Source of the DNA: Lytechinus pictus
Lineage: Eukaryota
Reading direction: 5' to 3'
Assembly: GCF_037042905.1 (NCBI RefSeq)
Contig: NC_087251.1
Coordinates: 32,242,001 to 32,306,000, forward strand
DNA: 64,000 bases
Every line of letters starts with the position of its first letter. Within the stretch, counting starts at the first letter, position 1. Position numbers and translations under genes: made by a program. Positions 36,101-48,272 of this stretch are shown here, in pieces. The notes beneath the pieces are model-generated. The model saw only the letters and a program-made list of their open reading frames with translations. It did no database searches and was not told the origin of the DNA.

Positions 36101-38155
36101 TGTTTAACCTTATTTCTGCAATGAAGACCTAGTTATAATCTTATACAATGTTTTGTTATATTGTTTTTTGGACAGGAAGTCTCCATGAAGGGGATCAGAT
36201 CAAGCATGTGAACAGTGAAAGTCTGAATATAGCTTCAAATGAAAGGTGAGTTTAAATTAAATCAAAATTTGATATAGAACTAGGCCCGAGTCATAACAAT
36301 TTATTACTGGTGCTCCCTGGTCATATTTCTGTGGAAACTGGTGGATAGATGAAAATAAACTTGATGAATGTATAGAAGTGCAGTGTTACCATATATATAA
36401 ATACTTTCACATAATATAAAACTTCATGCCTTTGGTCAAACAAGTAGAACTTTTTTATTTTTTTTTGTTTATGTACAATAAAGAAGAAGGAGGGTCATTT
36501 GTAGCCAAATCACTTCACTGCTACCCACTCTTACTATGGATAACAGAAACCATATCTACTTCCAAAGTGATGTGAAAGAAGAATTAATGGCATGTCTGAA
36601 AAATAGTTTTCTGGCATGTATCAAGGCTGCATGTGTAAAATACTGTAAATATAACAATCTGTGACAAAGCAAAGGAAAAGCATCTATTAGTAATACATTT
36701 GTCCCTATTCCTATGTACATGTGTCACAGTCTGATGAATATTTATTTTTCTAAAGGAATGCTGTTACAATGATATTTTGTTCTTTCACTTTACACCTGCA
36801 GTCGTGTCACTCAGTGTAAACGTGGATGCACTCCCTATTTGGTGTTTACCATCTTCCAAGCATAATTAACAGAGATATCCTACCATACAGGGCATGACGC
36901 CAATCTTGAAATCTTCATCTACATGGAATGTCTGGGGTGAACAGTTATTGGTCTTTGCGTGAAGTGTAATCAACACAGGAATGGATTTGACACCAAACTC
37001 TTCATATACATTCTACATATTGTGATAGTAATGTATTCATGATAGAAATAGTTTTACTGGGATGTGCTCTTGACACCAGTCATTATCTACACTCTAATCT
37101 TTGGTGTTGGCCCTATTTTAAGTGTGCTTTTTCAGATCAAGTTTTTACTGTAATAGAGTGTAGATGATTTTTGGTGCTAAGTGTTCAGCTATGTGGATTT
37201 TTACTCACATGAATGTCTAGAATATGGTTAGCCCTATAGTTCATGGGGGGGGGGTACATCAGACTGAATGTCGGTTCAAATTTTATGTAAAAATCTTTAG
37301 TATCATATACGTGACTTGCATATATGTATTCACTACTCATGAACCCATTTTGTTATGTATTTTATGACTTTTGTGTAGCTTCAAGGAGCAGGTCCAAGCT
37401 ATTATTTCTTTGCTGATAGTTTAGGAATATTTTTATGAGATTTTTGTGGAGTTCATAGCATACGACTTAAAAATATAACAATCTGTGACAAAGCAAAGGA
37501 AGAATCTATTAGTAATACATTTGTCCCAATTCCTTAATGAAGCTTGCATTTGTGTTTATATTGAGCTGACTATTCTGCAAAAGTGGATCCAAAGGTTTTC
37601 CAGAGTTTTTCCCTATTGAGTTTTATCTCTGGTTTTTTACCCTGGATCTACTTGTCGTAGAACTAGTCAGAGGGGGGGGGGGGGGTGTCATAGCGCGAGG
37701 TTCAAATTGCAGCGACATTGCCAGACATTTATCGTTAAAGTCTCACACATCTTTTGAGACCAAATTTGCAATGCCCGGGTATTCGGTTCCAAAGATTTTG
37801 GACAGTTTGTAAGGGCTTTTCAGATCCAAGCTGCTCAAAAGTAAAAAACATAATTTTATGTACAAATGCGATTTATGTTTCTTGCCAAATGTCATAGATT
37901 TGTTAATAATTTTACCTCTAATCATTGAAATTCATTAATTTTATTAAAAAAAAACAAATCAAAAAGTTGAAAAACAGAAATACATAGGATATTTATAAAA
38001 AAATAAAATACATAGGAATTTATTTTGATATTGCATTCTTTCTTCACACTAGATTTACATAGAATGCCACAAAGAAAGTCTTGACCCCACATTATATTTG
38101 GACCATTATTTCATGATTTGGAGCACAGGTTTGATTTCATGCATAAATTAGCATA

Positions 38156-38426
38156 CTGTACAAGCTGTTATTTTCGCGTACAGAAGTTTTCGCGAATCGT
38201 GGAGGTCCCGACATTTTCATGGGTTGTTAAATTCGCGATCGGAAGATGTACGAAACACTTCCACAGCATTTTAAAGAAGCAAAACTAGTGCAAATCATGT
38301 GCAAAAAAAACACTTTTTCATTACACAGGATGTTTTCAATATCAAATGTGTCAATATTTTTGCACGTTGTTCAATTCACGGACGATCGCCAATTCGTAAA
38401 ATCCGTGAAAATAAAGGCTTCGACAG
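38156..38426. mobile_element. TA-flanked MITE with CTGT termini and ttttcgcg motifs
   Basis: ta|ctgtac...ttttcgcg ... cgtgaaaat...acag|ta. Confidence 0.55.
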
Positions 38427-39678
38427 TAATCAAGGGAATCATCATGGGATTAAAGAGCCAGTTTTCAAACCATTCATATGCAACATACCTGATGCTGTAG
38501 TTATGAAGCTTGTAAGTAGTATAACCATTGTTAGGCGAATCAAGCTTTCTTTAGTGTAGGTCAGCAATTCTGTATTGTTTATATAATCGCTTGTTTGTTG
38601 AATTAATTTATATCAGAATTATGAAGTCAGTGGTTGTACAGTGCCTGACAAACAATTTTTATGGGGAATGATCTGGAGGTCTAAGTTTACAGAGGTCACG
38701 ATATACTTGAACATACTTTTTCTCACCATAACTAAATAACCACTTGAGAATTCGATTTCAAACGTTACTCCTGTACATATATGCATATGGGAGTGACGAT
38801 GAACTGAATAGATATTTAGGTTCATGAGTTCAAAGTTGAAAGGTCACATACATCATTTTTTAACAGTAATATCTCTCCCCATGAGTTCATAATTTTATAC
38901 ATTTAAATATCTTGTTCTCCCATTCTTAAGAACTGTATGAGAGAACATTTTCAATCTTGGCTCATGTATGTATACATACATATATGAGAGGATGATCTTA
39001 ATCAGATTTTAGGGTCACAATGCTAGGGGTCAAAGGTCACAGCTCAATAGTGTGTAGAGCCTCAAAAATTGTTATGTTGGCCCAAAATCGTAAAATTTTG
39101 TCTTTTTTTAAATACCTTCGCAGCTTTGCTGCTGCGCTGCACAAAGAAATCATGCATGAGATGATATATTTATGAAGTCAAACATTCATACAGTCAAAAT
39201 GCATATTGGAATGATTTTTGAAGCCATTGAATACAAATGTGTTTCTCACAAACACATAGCATTTGTATATTTTGGGTCTGCTAACAAAACCATAGCGACC
39301 CTGTGGGGTTTTTTTTGTTGGCATTTTACGGTTGGTCAGATGAGGGCAACATAAGAAATTTTTAGGCCTAGTGTTTGAAAAGTGCTCTTATAAATATCAG
39401 ATCATTTAACATTCATAAAAAGTTTATGAAAAGTGTTTCACAAATAGTTAAAAACTGACTAAAAGTCTGTTTAAGTACTAATGAATTTTATATCACATGT
39501 TTAACTTGCAGTCTCGATTTATGCATGTATGCTATAGAACATATCCTCTGATTCTGATCCAACCAATATGGTGATCTGTTATTTTCCACACACAAGTGTA
39601 AAGTTTAGAGAAATTTTTAGTAACACATAAATCTTTGTGAAACACCTCTTTGATTTGTATCTTGCATCACATGTTCTA

Positions 39679-39908
39679 GGGACAGTGATATCCGCTTACT
39701 GGTAAATCAAAACAGTTATCTATTTTGGTTCTTTACTTTACATGTAATAATTTGTTGAATTTCCCTCTGAAAAACAGAATTCATGTTTTTTGATGTGTAC
39801 ACTTTCTATGACAAAATGGAATTTTCATTTTAGATCAAGCTCGAAGTGGAGTAATAGTTTTTCAGAAAGAGAGAAGACCATTTTTTTAAAGTGAAAATCA
39901 CTGTCCCT
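39679..39908. mobile_element. MITE with 11-bp TIR
   Basis: gggacagtgat / atcactgtccc. Confidence 0.55.
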
Positions 39909-40017
39909 AATATGTCGAATAGCTTGGACCTGCCCTATACATGTAGTTTATGATTGTCTGTACTGTATACTTGCTTTGTATTCATGATTTCATTTTTCTT
40001 TCTTGAAACAAATGTAA

Positions 40018-40329
40018 GACCAGCAGCTGAGAAGATTCATTCAAGTTGGAGGGCCATAGCAGTTGACCTCATCAATGGCGGTAGGCCCTAAACCTTACAA
40101 ACATGGCTACCTGTCTGGTTTGAGCTGGGATCTTCCTGTCAGAATCACATAATTAGTGACATCACTACCAGGAGATCTATTTTTCAGTGTGCAGAGAAGG
40201 GCACTGGACACAGTTGTGCATGATATACAACTTACCACAATGTAAGTGCTTTAAGAATGATATTTTGTGTAGCCTTAAGTATGTGAGACAATGCAATCGG
40301 TTTTCAGTAATTATGTACTGAGGGCAATA
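40018..40329 (+). repeat. ~310-bp repeat, inverted partner of 44251-44564
   Basis: Colinear reverse-complement blocks agaagattcattcaagt, gagctggg, gtgacatcactacc, ctatttttcagtgt, agagaagggcact, atattttgtgtagcc and gggcaata. Confidence 0.85.
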
Positions 40330-40555
40330 ACCTTTGTGAAAATATTGGGTGGCAATTTTCCCCATAGGATTTTCTCTCTCTTTTCTTTCAATTACTGTAG
40401 TCCCTTCTCTTTACCTTAACTGTTATATTGATAATAGTCTTTCTTTATATACCTCCCATTACTATTCTAGCTGTTGCTCTAACTTTGTTTGTTTCACATT
40501 GTTGCAACATGATATTTGCCATGACTGACATGATAATGTGCTAAGGATATATATA

Positions 40556-40590
<35 letters not shown>

Positions 40591-40749
40591 ATATAGACAT
40601 TGATCTTGTTATTTTTTTTATTGCAGAGCAATGATAGAGTAATGTGAATTATTTTGCAATATATATAATCTCCTTTCTGTACGTGTAATTTTTTTGGTCG
40701 GACTAATTTCAATTAATATTTTGAACTTTATCGCGGTCATTTCACCATG

Positions 40750-40890
40750 TACGTACATAAACCTCATGTTTGCTGAGTGTGTATCCATCATGAAATCACA
40801 GAATGTGAAGAGATAATGTGGACTGCACGAATGTTAAGATATGTGATGATTAAGGTAGATTCTCAATATAGGTTTGTCTGCCCAAATCTG
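40750..40890 (-). pseudogene. Degenerate C2H2 zinc-finger-like remnant
   Basis: KLQIWADKPILRIYLNHHIS*HSCSPHYLFTFCDF keeps C-x2-C-x3-F-x5-L-x2-H-x3-H spacing, a 5-aa linker and Y-x-C-x2-C, but several key residues are substituted. Confidence 0.35.
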
Positions 40891-42959
40891 CAACTTCGGA
40901 TATAAAATTTTCACCCATTTTTATGAGGGTTGTACACTTCAATGAGTTTTTTTCACAATGTGTAAAAAAAAAAGCTCTTTCATTCAGAGCAATATATGTA
41001 AGTCTGGAATCTTGTTTCAGAAGTGCAATGTCAAAGTTTGATTTCTAGAGCCTTGCCAGTGTAGTGTTTCAAATTGACCCATATTGATATTCGAAATATT
41101 GATGGAGCGGTTTAACCAATATGGCTTTGGAGCTCAGTGGCATTGATCAAGATTGATCAAAAACTGGTTTGCACTCCTTATCGACGCAGGTAATCATTTG
41201 TTCTGCACAAAGAGAAGACAGAGGAACTGGCGGGGTATGTTTGAAGAGAGTGCTTCTGACTTTAATAAATTTGTTTCAGTTGCATGTGATATCGTTATAT
41301 TTGGTGTTTGGAATCTGGAAATGTTGCAATAATCTTCAAGTACTGTCTGACCAGAAGGAATCCAGAGCTCTCTGTGGTGACCTTAGAGGAATTCTCAGTC
41401 TTTGTCTTTTCCAGCCATTTGATATTTTCCTGTGTTTATTGGATTTTCCTGGATTTACTTGATGCTGATGAAATGAAAGGCAATGCGAGGTCTTGGTTTT
41501 ACAGAGTCAGAGTCAATAAAGACAATTTTTGCTCCTTCTGCATGCCGATATTGTCACCGAAAGGGAAGATACATCTGATGAATTTTCTGGCTTAGTCTGT
41601 AGCTCTACTTATTAAACCACAATGCACTTGTTTGAATTATATTGAGGCAGATTCTTGAATTCTTTGTCAACATTCATTTTCTGTATCCAGGAGGGAACGA
41701 CGTTTCATTCTTGGAATGAATTTTGAATAGATTCCTGTTCAAAGGAAATTTCATCACATTCAGGTATTCAGAAATTATGTTATGCCTTAACACTAAAACT
41801 ACATTTCTGATCATTACGCCACTCACTGGATTTTTACTCTGAAGTCTTGCGCATCTTTTGAGACCAAATTTATGATGCCCGGTTATGCGGTTGAAAAATT
41901 ATGCAACATTACTCAAGTGCATGTCAGAACCAAAATTGCTCAATGTAAATTGGGTTATCTCATCTTATTCATAAAGATGTGATTATTTTTACTTGTCATC
42001 AACAGAAATCAATTGATTTTAGCATAATTATTCTTCAAAAAGGTTCTGCTATAAATTTGGCGAAAAAACAAAAGGTCAAAGCAAAAAAATACATAAGGAA
42101 TTTATAAAACAATAAAATAAATAAGAAATTCATTTTCAAACCAGAATTTTTTTCTTTTTGTAATAATTAGCAATGGTATAAAGACTATTAACACCAAAGA
42201 TTAGCATTCTAGGAGCTTTTTTAGTGAATTAGAGCAAAAAGTATGATTCACGCATAAATCAGCATAATTAATCCATATTGAAAAAAAATCTTATTATTTT
42301 GTAGATCACATCCCACTCTATGCCAATTTTCACACTGTTTGCGCGATTGGCGGCCGAGATATTGGGGGGGGGGGGGGTTGATTCAAGCCCCCCCACCTGG
42401 TCAAATAACACCCCCAAAACCCTGCCTGGTTTAAAGTGAGGGGAAGTTACTGTGTTTAACCCTATAGAGCCCAGGCTATTTTCAAATTACACAGATAGGC
42501 GGGGGTTGGCTTTTTTAGCCTCCCTCTCCCCCGATCTTGGTTGTTTTGATTTGGACGCTTATGTCTAGGATCTTCATCAAATTTTGTTTATGTATTTCTT
42601 TATTGTTTTTTTTTAATGAAAGTTTTAGTCTGACATGCACTTACAAATATTACCTAACTTTGTAAAAGCATACCACCCATTTGAATTTGGTCTTATAATT
42701 CAGTTGGCCTGATCTTAAGAGATTTATCGCAAAAAAATGTCATTGGGTACTTGCTTACCATTGCCAGTTATATTTGGAGACAGACCTCCACTCAATGATT
42801 CAATTTGCTTATGATTTTGTGCCACTAAAAATCTTTCATGAAAACTTGCGAGTCTTTCACTTTCTTTGCCATGATCATACAATGCTTGACTTGTAGCTAA
42901 ACTGTTCATCCATCTTCCAGTCTGTGGGTAGGGCAGTGATTGGTACATTTTTTCCAAGT

Positions 42960-43265
42960 GTTCCTTTGGCTAAAGAAATGGTTTCCTATATCCAGCGTGG
43001 AACAAGTTTGGGAAATTTTGTTGGTTGCTGTCTGTCAGATTTGACATTGCATGATTTGGTAGATTGTTCCAACGCTCCATGACCCTTTGGCTAAAGAAGA
43101 AGTTTTCTCCATCCAGTCTGGAACAAGTTTGAGCAAATTTATTGGGTGCTGTCTGTGAGAGTTGTCATTGGTTCTTGATGACCATTCGACTGAAGAAATG
43201 GTTTCTTATATCCATGGAAAGATTTTTTGAAATTTTATTGGTTGTCGTTTCTGAAATTTGACATT
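42960..43265 (-). repeat. Three diverged ~100-120 bp tandem units resembling the CR1 LINE ORF2 C-terminal motif
   Basis: Translations KNLSMDIRNHFFSRMV, QTCSRLDGENFFFSQRVMERWNNLP and QTCSTLDIGNHFFSQR. Confidence 0.6.
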
Positions 43266-43849
43266 TTGCTTCACTACTATGGTTCATGCATTGTATTGCA
43301 ATGATTGATGGGGTATTATAAACCATTGTGGGATATGAAGTGTACTCCCTCAAGACAAGCCTATGTTGAGGTCCTAACTTATTAGATCAATCTTTCATTG
43401 TCGGTGCCTCGCCTGATCTCTCAGAGTTCATGGTGGCATGATGGATACAGTATGCAAGCAAACATTTGGTTCTTGTATGATGGTGAATGAATAAATTAGC
43501 TTGACAGGGAAAAAAAATTCATTTGCCGGTTTCGATCAAAATGCAGTGTTCATTGAAATTCATAGAAACGCAATTGCATCATGTACAGAAAAAGGTATAT
43601 TTATTTGCAATATCGTAATATATTCCATTTGCTCTTTGAAAAGAAAAGTCCCCCCCCCTAAAAAAAATGTATTCAATGAACATTTTTTTCATGTGATAAT
43701 AAAAAGTGAATTGTTTAATGAAAATATGAAATGTGAAAATGATTTGTAATAATACTAAAAATATTAGTTTAAAAATTAGAACATTGCAGTGTCAGTCATG
43801 GATAGATAATGTTGAAAGGATTTTAAATGATTGAAAATGGGCAGATACA

Positions 43850-43965
43850 GGGAGCATTTCATGACAGGTTTTTGTTAGTGATTATCACTAATTTGCTCTA
43901 AGCCAATCAGATGCAATGATTTGTTGGTGAAAATCACTGACAAAAATCTTCATGAAATGCTTCCC
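43850..43965. mobile_element. Short Tourist-like MITE
   Basis: gggagcatttcatga / tcatgaaatgcttccc; central agccaatcag. Confidence 0.6.
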
Positions 43966-44250
43966 CGGATGAATAGTACAGGGAGGTATAGGAAGAGAGC
44001 ACAATCAGTGGATTAACTGCTATTCATGTAGAAGGGGAGGGGGAGATGGTTGTAAGGAAGGGAATGAGGTGGTTTTGTTCAAGGATGAATGAAAAGACTA
44101 CAAAGGAGATTAATAGATTTGATTCTTATGGCAAGGAAGAGGGAAGGGGAGTAGTTGGGAAAGAGGATGGGGGGTGGGGGTAAAGGATTTTTTTAAAGGC
44201 AAAATTTAGATGAATGTAAGCAGTTCCCTCCCCCCAAAAAAGAGAGTAAA

Positions 44251-44564
44251 TATTGCCCCCTTTTAACGTAATCAGTAGGAAATTTGATGCATTGTCTGGC
44301 ATACTATTGGCTACACAAAATATTGATAAAGCACTCTCATTGTGGCAAGTTGTATACCATGCACAACAGGATCGAGTGCCCTTCTCTATACACTGAAAAA
44401 TAGGTCTTGAGGTAGTGATGTCACATATTGTGTGATTTTGTCAAGAAGAGCCCAGCTCAGATCAGGCTGCTGGCCATTTTGTGAGGGTTAGGGTTTGCTC
44501 CATCGAATCAAGAGGTCGACTGCAATGGTATCCTTCATACTTGAATGAATCTTCTTGGCTGGTC
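44251..44564 (-). repeat. ~310-bp repeat, inverted partner of 40018-40329
   Basis: Same colinear blocks as 40018-40329, in reverse complement. Confidence 0.85.
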
Positions 44565-44731
44565 ATTTTTTTTTAATCTGCTTTTTTTTGTAATTGTGTA
44601 TCTTTGAACAAAATAAATTCCTGAGAAAGTGAAAAATTCTTTGTTATCAGTAATTTTGCACCTGTATATTAAATACCCTCATTACCCTGCCCCTTTTTTA
44701 AAATCCATAACGATCACCCCCCCCCCACCAG

Positions 44732-44850
44732 AGACATTTACTCCTGCGACAATTGTTCCTCCACCCCTCTAAGGTGCGAGGTTTGTATAATCATTTTCGG
44801 TGAGAGCTCCAGCTCCGTTGTAGGAGCAGTTGTCGCAGGAGTAAATCTGC
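44732..44850. mobile_element. Short palindromic MITE
   Basis: atttactcctgcgacaattgttcct / aggagcagttgtcgcaggagtaaat. Confidence 0.7.
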
Positions 44851-46375
44851 CGTCCAATGACAAAAGGAAGCAATTTTTTTATTTAAATTCTTGATTTGGG
44901 AGATTTTCTCTAAATAATGCTGAAGCAATTGAGTCACATAGCCCCCAATTATAGTAATATAGACTTTTCAGAAGTAACTAAATTAATGTATATTTTCCCT
45001 TAAAATGATACATTTTTCCTCATAAGCTTATTCCTTGCTTCCTTTTGTCATAGGCCGGCAGAAATGTCCCAAAAACCTTTTTGCAAGCCAAAGTGACATT
45101 GCTCCTGAAACCTCCATGTTTTAGGTTTGTCATGGGCATGTGTACAAGGTAATCCAAATTTAGAAGGTGGATGTTTATCATTTTACAATTTCAATTTTTT
45201 ATATTTTGAAAAGCAAAGCAATGATGAAACTTTTTATGAATGACTCAAATGATTGATTTGTCTTTGAATGACTTTCATATTTACTTATTTAGAAATTTCT
45301 AAATTAAGTACAGCATCTTCATGGACAAAAAGTCAAGGATTTCGTTTTTATTTTTCTCTTCAACCCTCATGATTTGGATTACCTTTTGGCACTGTTTAAG
45401 CTGAACTTTTTTTTCACACAGATATTTTCAAGGTAGTGGCAAGTTTGAGGATGATCCGACTTGCAAAATTGGTGAAATGCAAAACCATTATATTGTCAGC
45501 TTATAGAATGCTTTCAGGTACAATGTCATACTTTGGCTTGCAGCAGGTCAAGTTTAATTGCCTCCCCTTTGAGATTTGCAAATTATCCACAAAAATCACG
45601 TATAATGTCCACTGAGTTGGTGATTATTATAGTCTTTGCAGATGTACAACCCTCAATTAGCCAACCCCCCATTCTTTTTGTTGTCGATAAAATGTTGCAA
45701 AAGTGACTGATATTGATGGTACAGTTTCTATCCTTTCAAAAGCACGTTTGTTTATAATATAACTAATGCATTTTTATTTTCTTAAAGATGTTATTTCAAT
45801 ATTGATTGACCTAAATAAAAATATGCACGGTCAATCTCAAAGTTTTCCATAATCCAAAAGAAAAATCAAAAGTATAGTTATATTTATTGTGAATGAAACT
45901 CAATAACAATGCACTTTGCAACACAATACACAGCAGTAATTCACATAAAAATAGGGGACGTTTTATTTTAATATTTTCAAGAGTGAACTTCACAAAACGA
46001 AAACAATTTTGTTGAATAGATTTGATTTTTGTAAGATATCAAAGACTTGTTCGAACAATATTTTCTAACAATGTGTCCTATATATTGTCACACATTTGAT
46101 TTGTATGCTTAAATGATAATTAACAGTTAACCGAATGTAATACATAAAAAATGCACCATGGCATTCACAAAGCAAAAATGAATATTGTTCAAATTGGTAA
46201 TGCTTAAAGTTATTCATACATGCTGGATAAAGTTAAATTTTCAAATTTGTCGTACATCTATCATAAAAGGTTTCAGAATTGAGAATAATTCCAATCTTTT
46301 GCTGAAGTGGGTATAATTTTAATAATGTAAACCTGGATTTGATGAAGTTCACTCTATTTCCAATGGATGTGTGTA

Positions 46376-46615
46376 CAGAGTGTCACATAAAAAGGAAACC
46401 CGTTTTAGTGGTAGATATCGCAGTCATTACACATATTTTGACCATAAATTCATGTTTTGTTACATCTATGTTTAAACAAGTGATTTAAAAATAAGATAAT
46501 AATTTCATGTTGATGAAAGATCATAAATGGTTTGCCAATGTTGCAAAAAATACCCCCCCCCCCATAAAAAGAAAAAAACGAGATTCTCGGTTCCCCTTTT
46601 CCGCGGGACACTCTG
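46376..46615. mobile_element. Tc1/mariner-type MITE
   Basis: TA|cagagtgtc ... gacactctg|TA. Confidence 0.7.
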
Positions 46616-46911
46616 TATAAAATATAAAAAGGGGCTTCCAATTTTGGTCGCGCGACTGTTGAGAGTATTATAAAAAAAAATTGGGGGGGAATATATTGTA
46701 ACAAAATAGTCGCACAGCCATATGTGAAATACCTTCAGAGAGAGAGGGGAGAAGGGAAGAAAGAGGGATGGGAAAGAGAGAAAGTGAGACAGGGATCGAA
46801 AGAGAGATAGAGAGGGTGGAAAGGGGTGGTAGGGGGACAAGTTTTATATTAAACCGAGTACAAGAATAAATACAAGTAGCCAAAAACGTGTAACACGATC
46901 ATTTACTTCCA

Positions 46912-48272
46912 GTCGGGTGTTTCATAAAGCTATATGCAAAGTTACGCCCAACTTTGTGCATGACTAGAGCATGTTCTTAGCTGCTAAGTCGGCTACACAG
47001 GGATATACAATGTGGCGCAAGAAAGCGTCACCAGTCTTGCGAAAAGTCAGTATTGACTTAAGCCCCTTTCACAATTGACGTACGACCATTTGCGACCTTT
47101 TGGTCGTGCGACAGGCTGCAACAGGCATCAATCGCTAGTCATCTCATAAGATCGCACAGAGGCTTTCACAGTTGCAACAGCTGTCGTACAACAAAACAAC
47201 CAGTAAACCCCGATGCACGAGTAAGTCGCATATACTCTTATTGTGCTCGTGCGATCACATGCGAGTGTTGCACGAGGGATTGCGAGTGGAACGGTCGCAT
47301 ACATGCGAATGAAACGGTAGTGCAATGTTGTAAGCCGTTGCGATCGGTCTTGCAACAGTCTTATTGCCCATATTATTATCGCAACCAGTCGCAAGACAGG
47401 TCTCTGTACATGTAGGTCGCTTGCACATGTGCAAGTGTTGCACGACCTCCAGTCAAGTAAATGCGACTACTTAGTTGTGCCACCTCTCGCACCAAGTCGT
47501 ACAACGTTGAAAGACACTCGCACGATGATCGCCCGACCGATGGTACGACCCCGGGTACGGTCTGATGCGAGTGAATCGATCGTATTTGATCGCGTTCGGA
47601 TTTTGAACATGTTCAAAGTTCAGATGTGACCAGTCACGACCACCTCGAGTTCGTGCGACCGTCTACAACGACTGCGAGTGCTCGCAAGACACCAAGAGAT
47701 CGATCGTGCAACAACAAGAAAAAACTGTTGCAGGCAGTCGTAAACTGGTCGGACGTCAATTGTGAAAGGGGCTGAACGGTCGCATACATGCGAATGCAAC
47801 GGTAGTGGAATGTAGTAAGCCGTAATTTCGATCGGTCTTGCAACAGTCTCATATTATCGCACCCAGTCGCAAGACTGGTCTCTGTAGGTCTCCAGCACAT
47901 GTGCAAGTGTTGTACGACCTCCAGTCGACTAAATGCGACTATACTTAGTTGTGCCACCTCTCGCACCAAGTCGTACAACGTTGAACAACACTCACACGAT
48001 GATCGCCCGACCGATGGTACGACCTGTTGCGAGTGAATCAATCGTATTTGATCGCGTTTGGATTTTGAACATGTTCAAAGTTCAGATGCGACCAGTCACG
48101 ATCACCTCCGACCACCTCGAGTTTGTGCGATCGTCTACAACGACTGCGAGTGCTCGCAAGACACCATGGGATCGATCGTGCAACAACAAGAAAAAACTGT
48201 TGCAGGTGGTCGTAAACAGGTCGTACGTCAATTGTGAAAGGGGCTTTACGAACAGCTTTCTGAAACACCCAC
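46912..48272. mobile_element. Tourist-like MITE (family of 28982-29174) interrupted by a Harbinger-type element
   Basis: gggtgtttcataaagct / agctttctgaaacaccc. Confidence 0.7.
47061..48245. mobile_element. PIF/Harbinger-type non-autonomous element with a duplicated right portion
   Basis: TIR agcccctttcacaattgacgtacgacc / ggtcgtacgtcaattgtgaaaggggct; TTA TSD; 47289-47773 is repeated as 47774-48245. Confidence 0.88.

Larger units (their letters stand above)
33649..36245 (+). pseudogene. Chimeric spliced ORF remnant containing a partial PDZ domain (STXBP4 PDZ1-like): exons 33648-33947, 34298-34393, 36176-36245
   Basis: Canonical splice sites with consistent phases. Encodes ...ENDFRIFVKSVVPGGLASESG|SLHEGDQIKHVNSESLNIASNE. 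The GLGF loop and the C-terminal helix are missing. Confidence 0.7.

Noticed and set aside
36802..36865. Possible next exon of the PDZ unit
   Set aside because: It does not encode the expected PDZ C-terminal helix and looks TE-derived.
38440..38520. KPFICNIP zinc-finger-linker-like peptide
   Set aside because: Too short, needs a frameshift and has no complete finger.
39430..39700. Apparent zinc-finger-like translations on the minus strand
   Set aside because: The segment is made of MITE sequence (gtgtttcacaaa...tttgtgaaacac and gggacagtgat ends).
37385..39936. 15-bp inverted match gcaggtccaagctat as the TIR of a 2.5-kb element
   Set aside because: No TSD and no further similarity; unsupported.
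40177..40365. Cys/His-rich ORF resembling a zinc finger
   Set aside because: It lies mostly within the 310-bp repeat and lacks correct C2H2 spacing.
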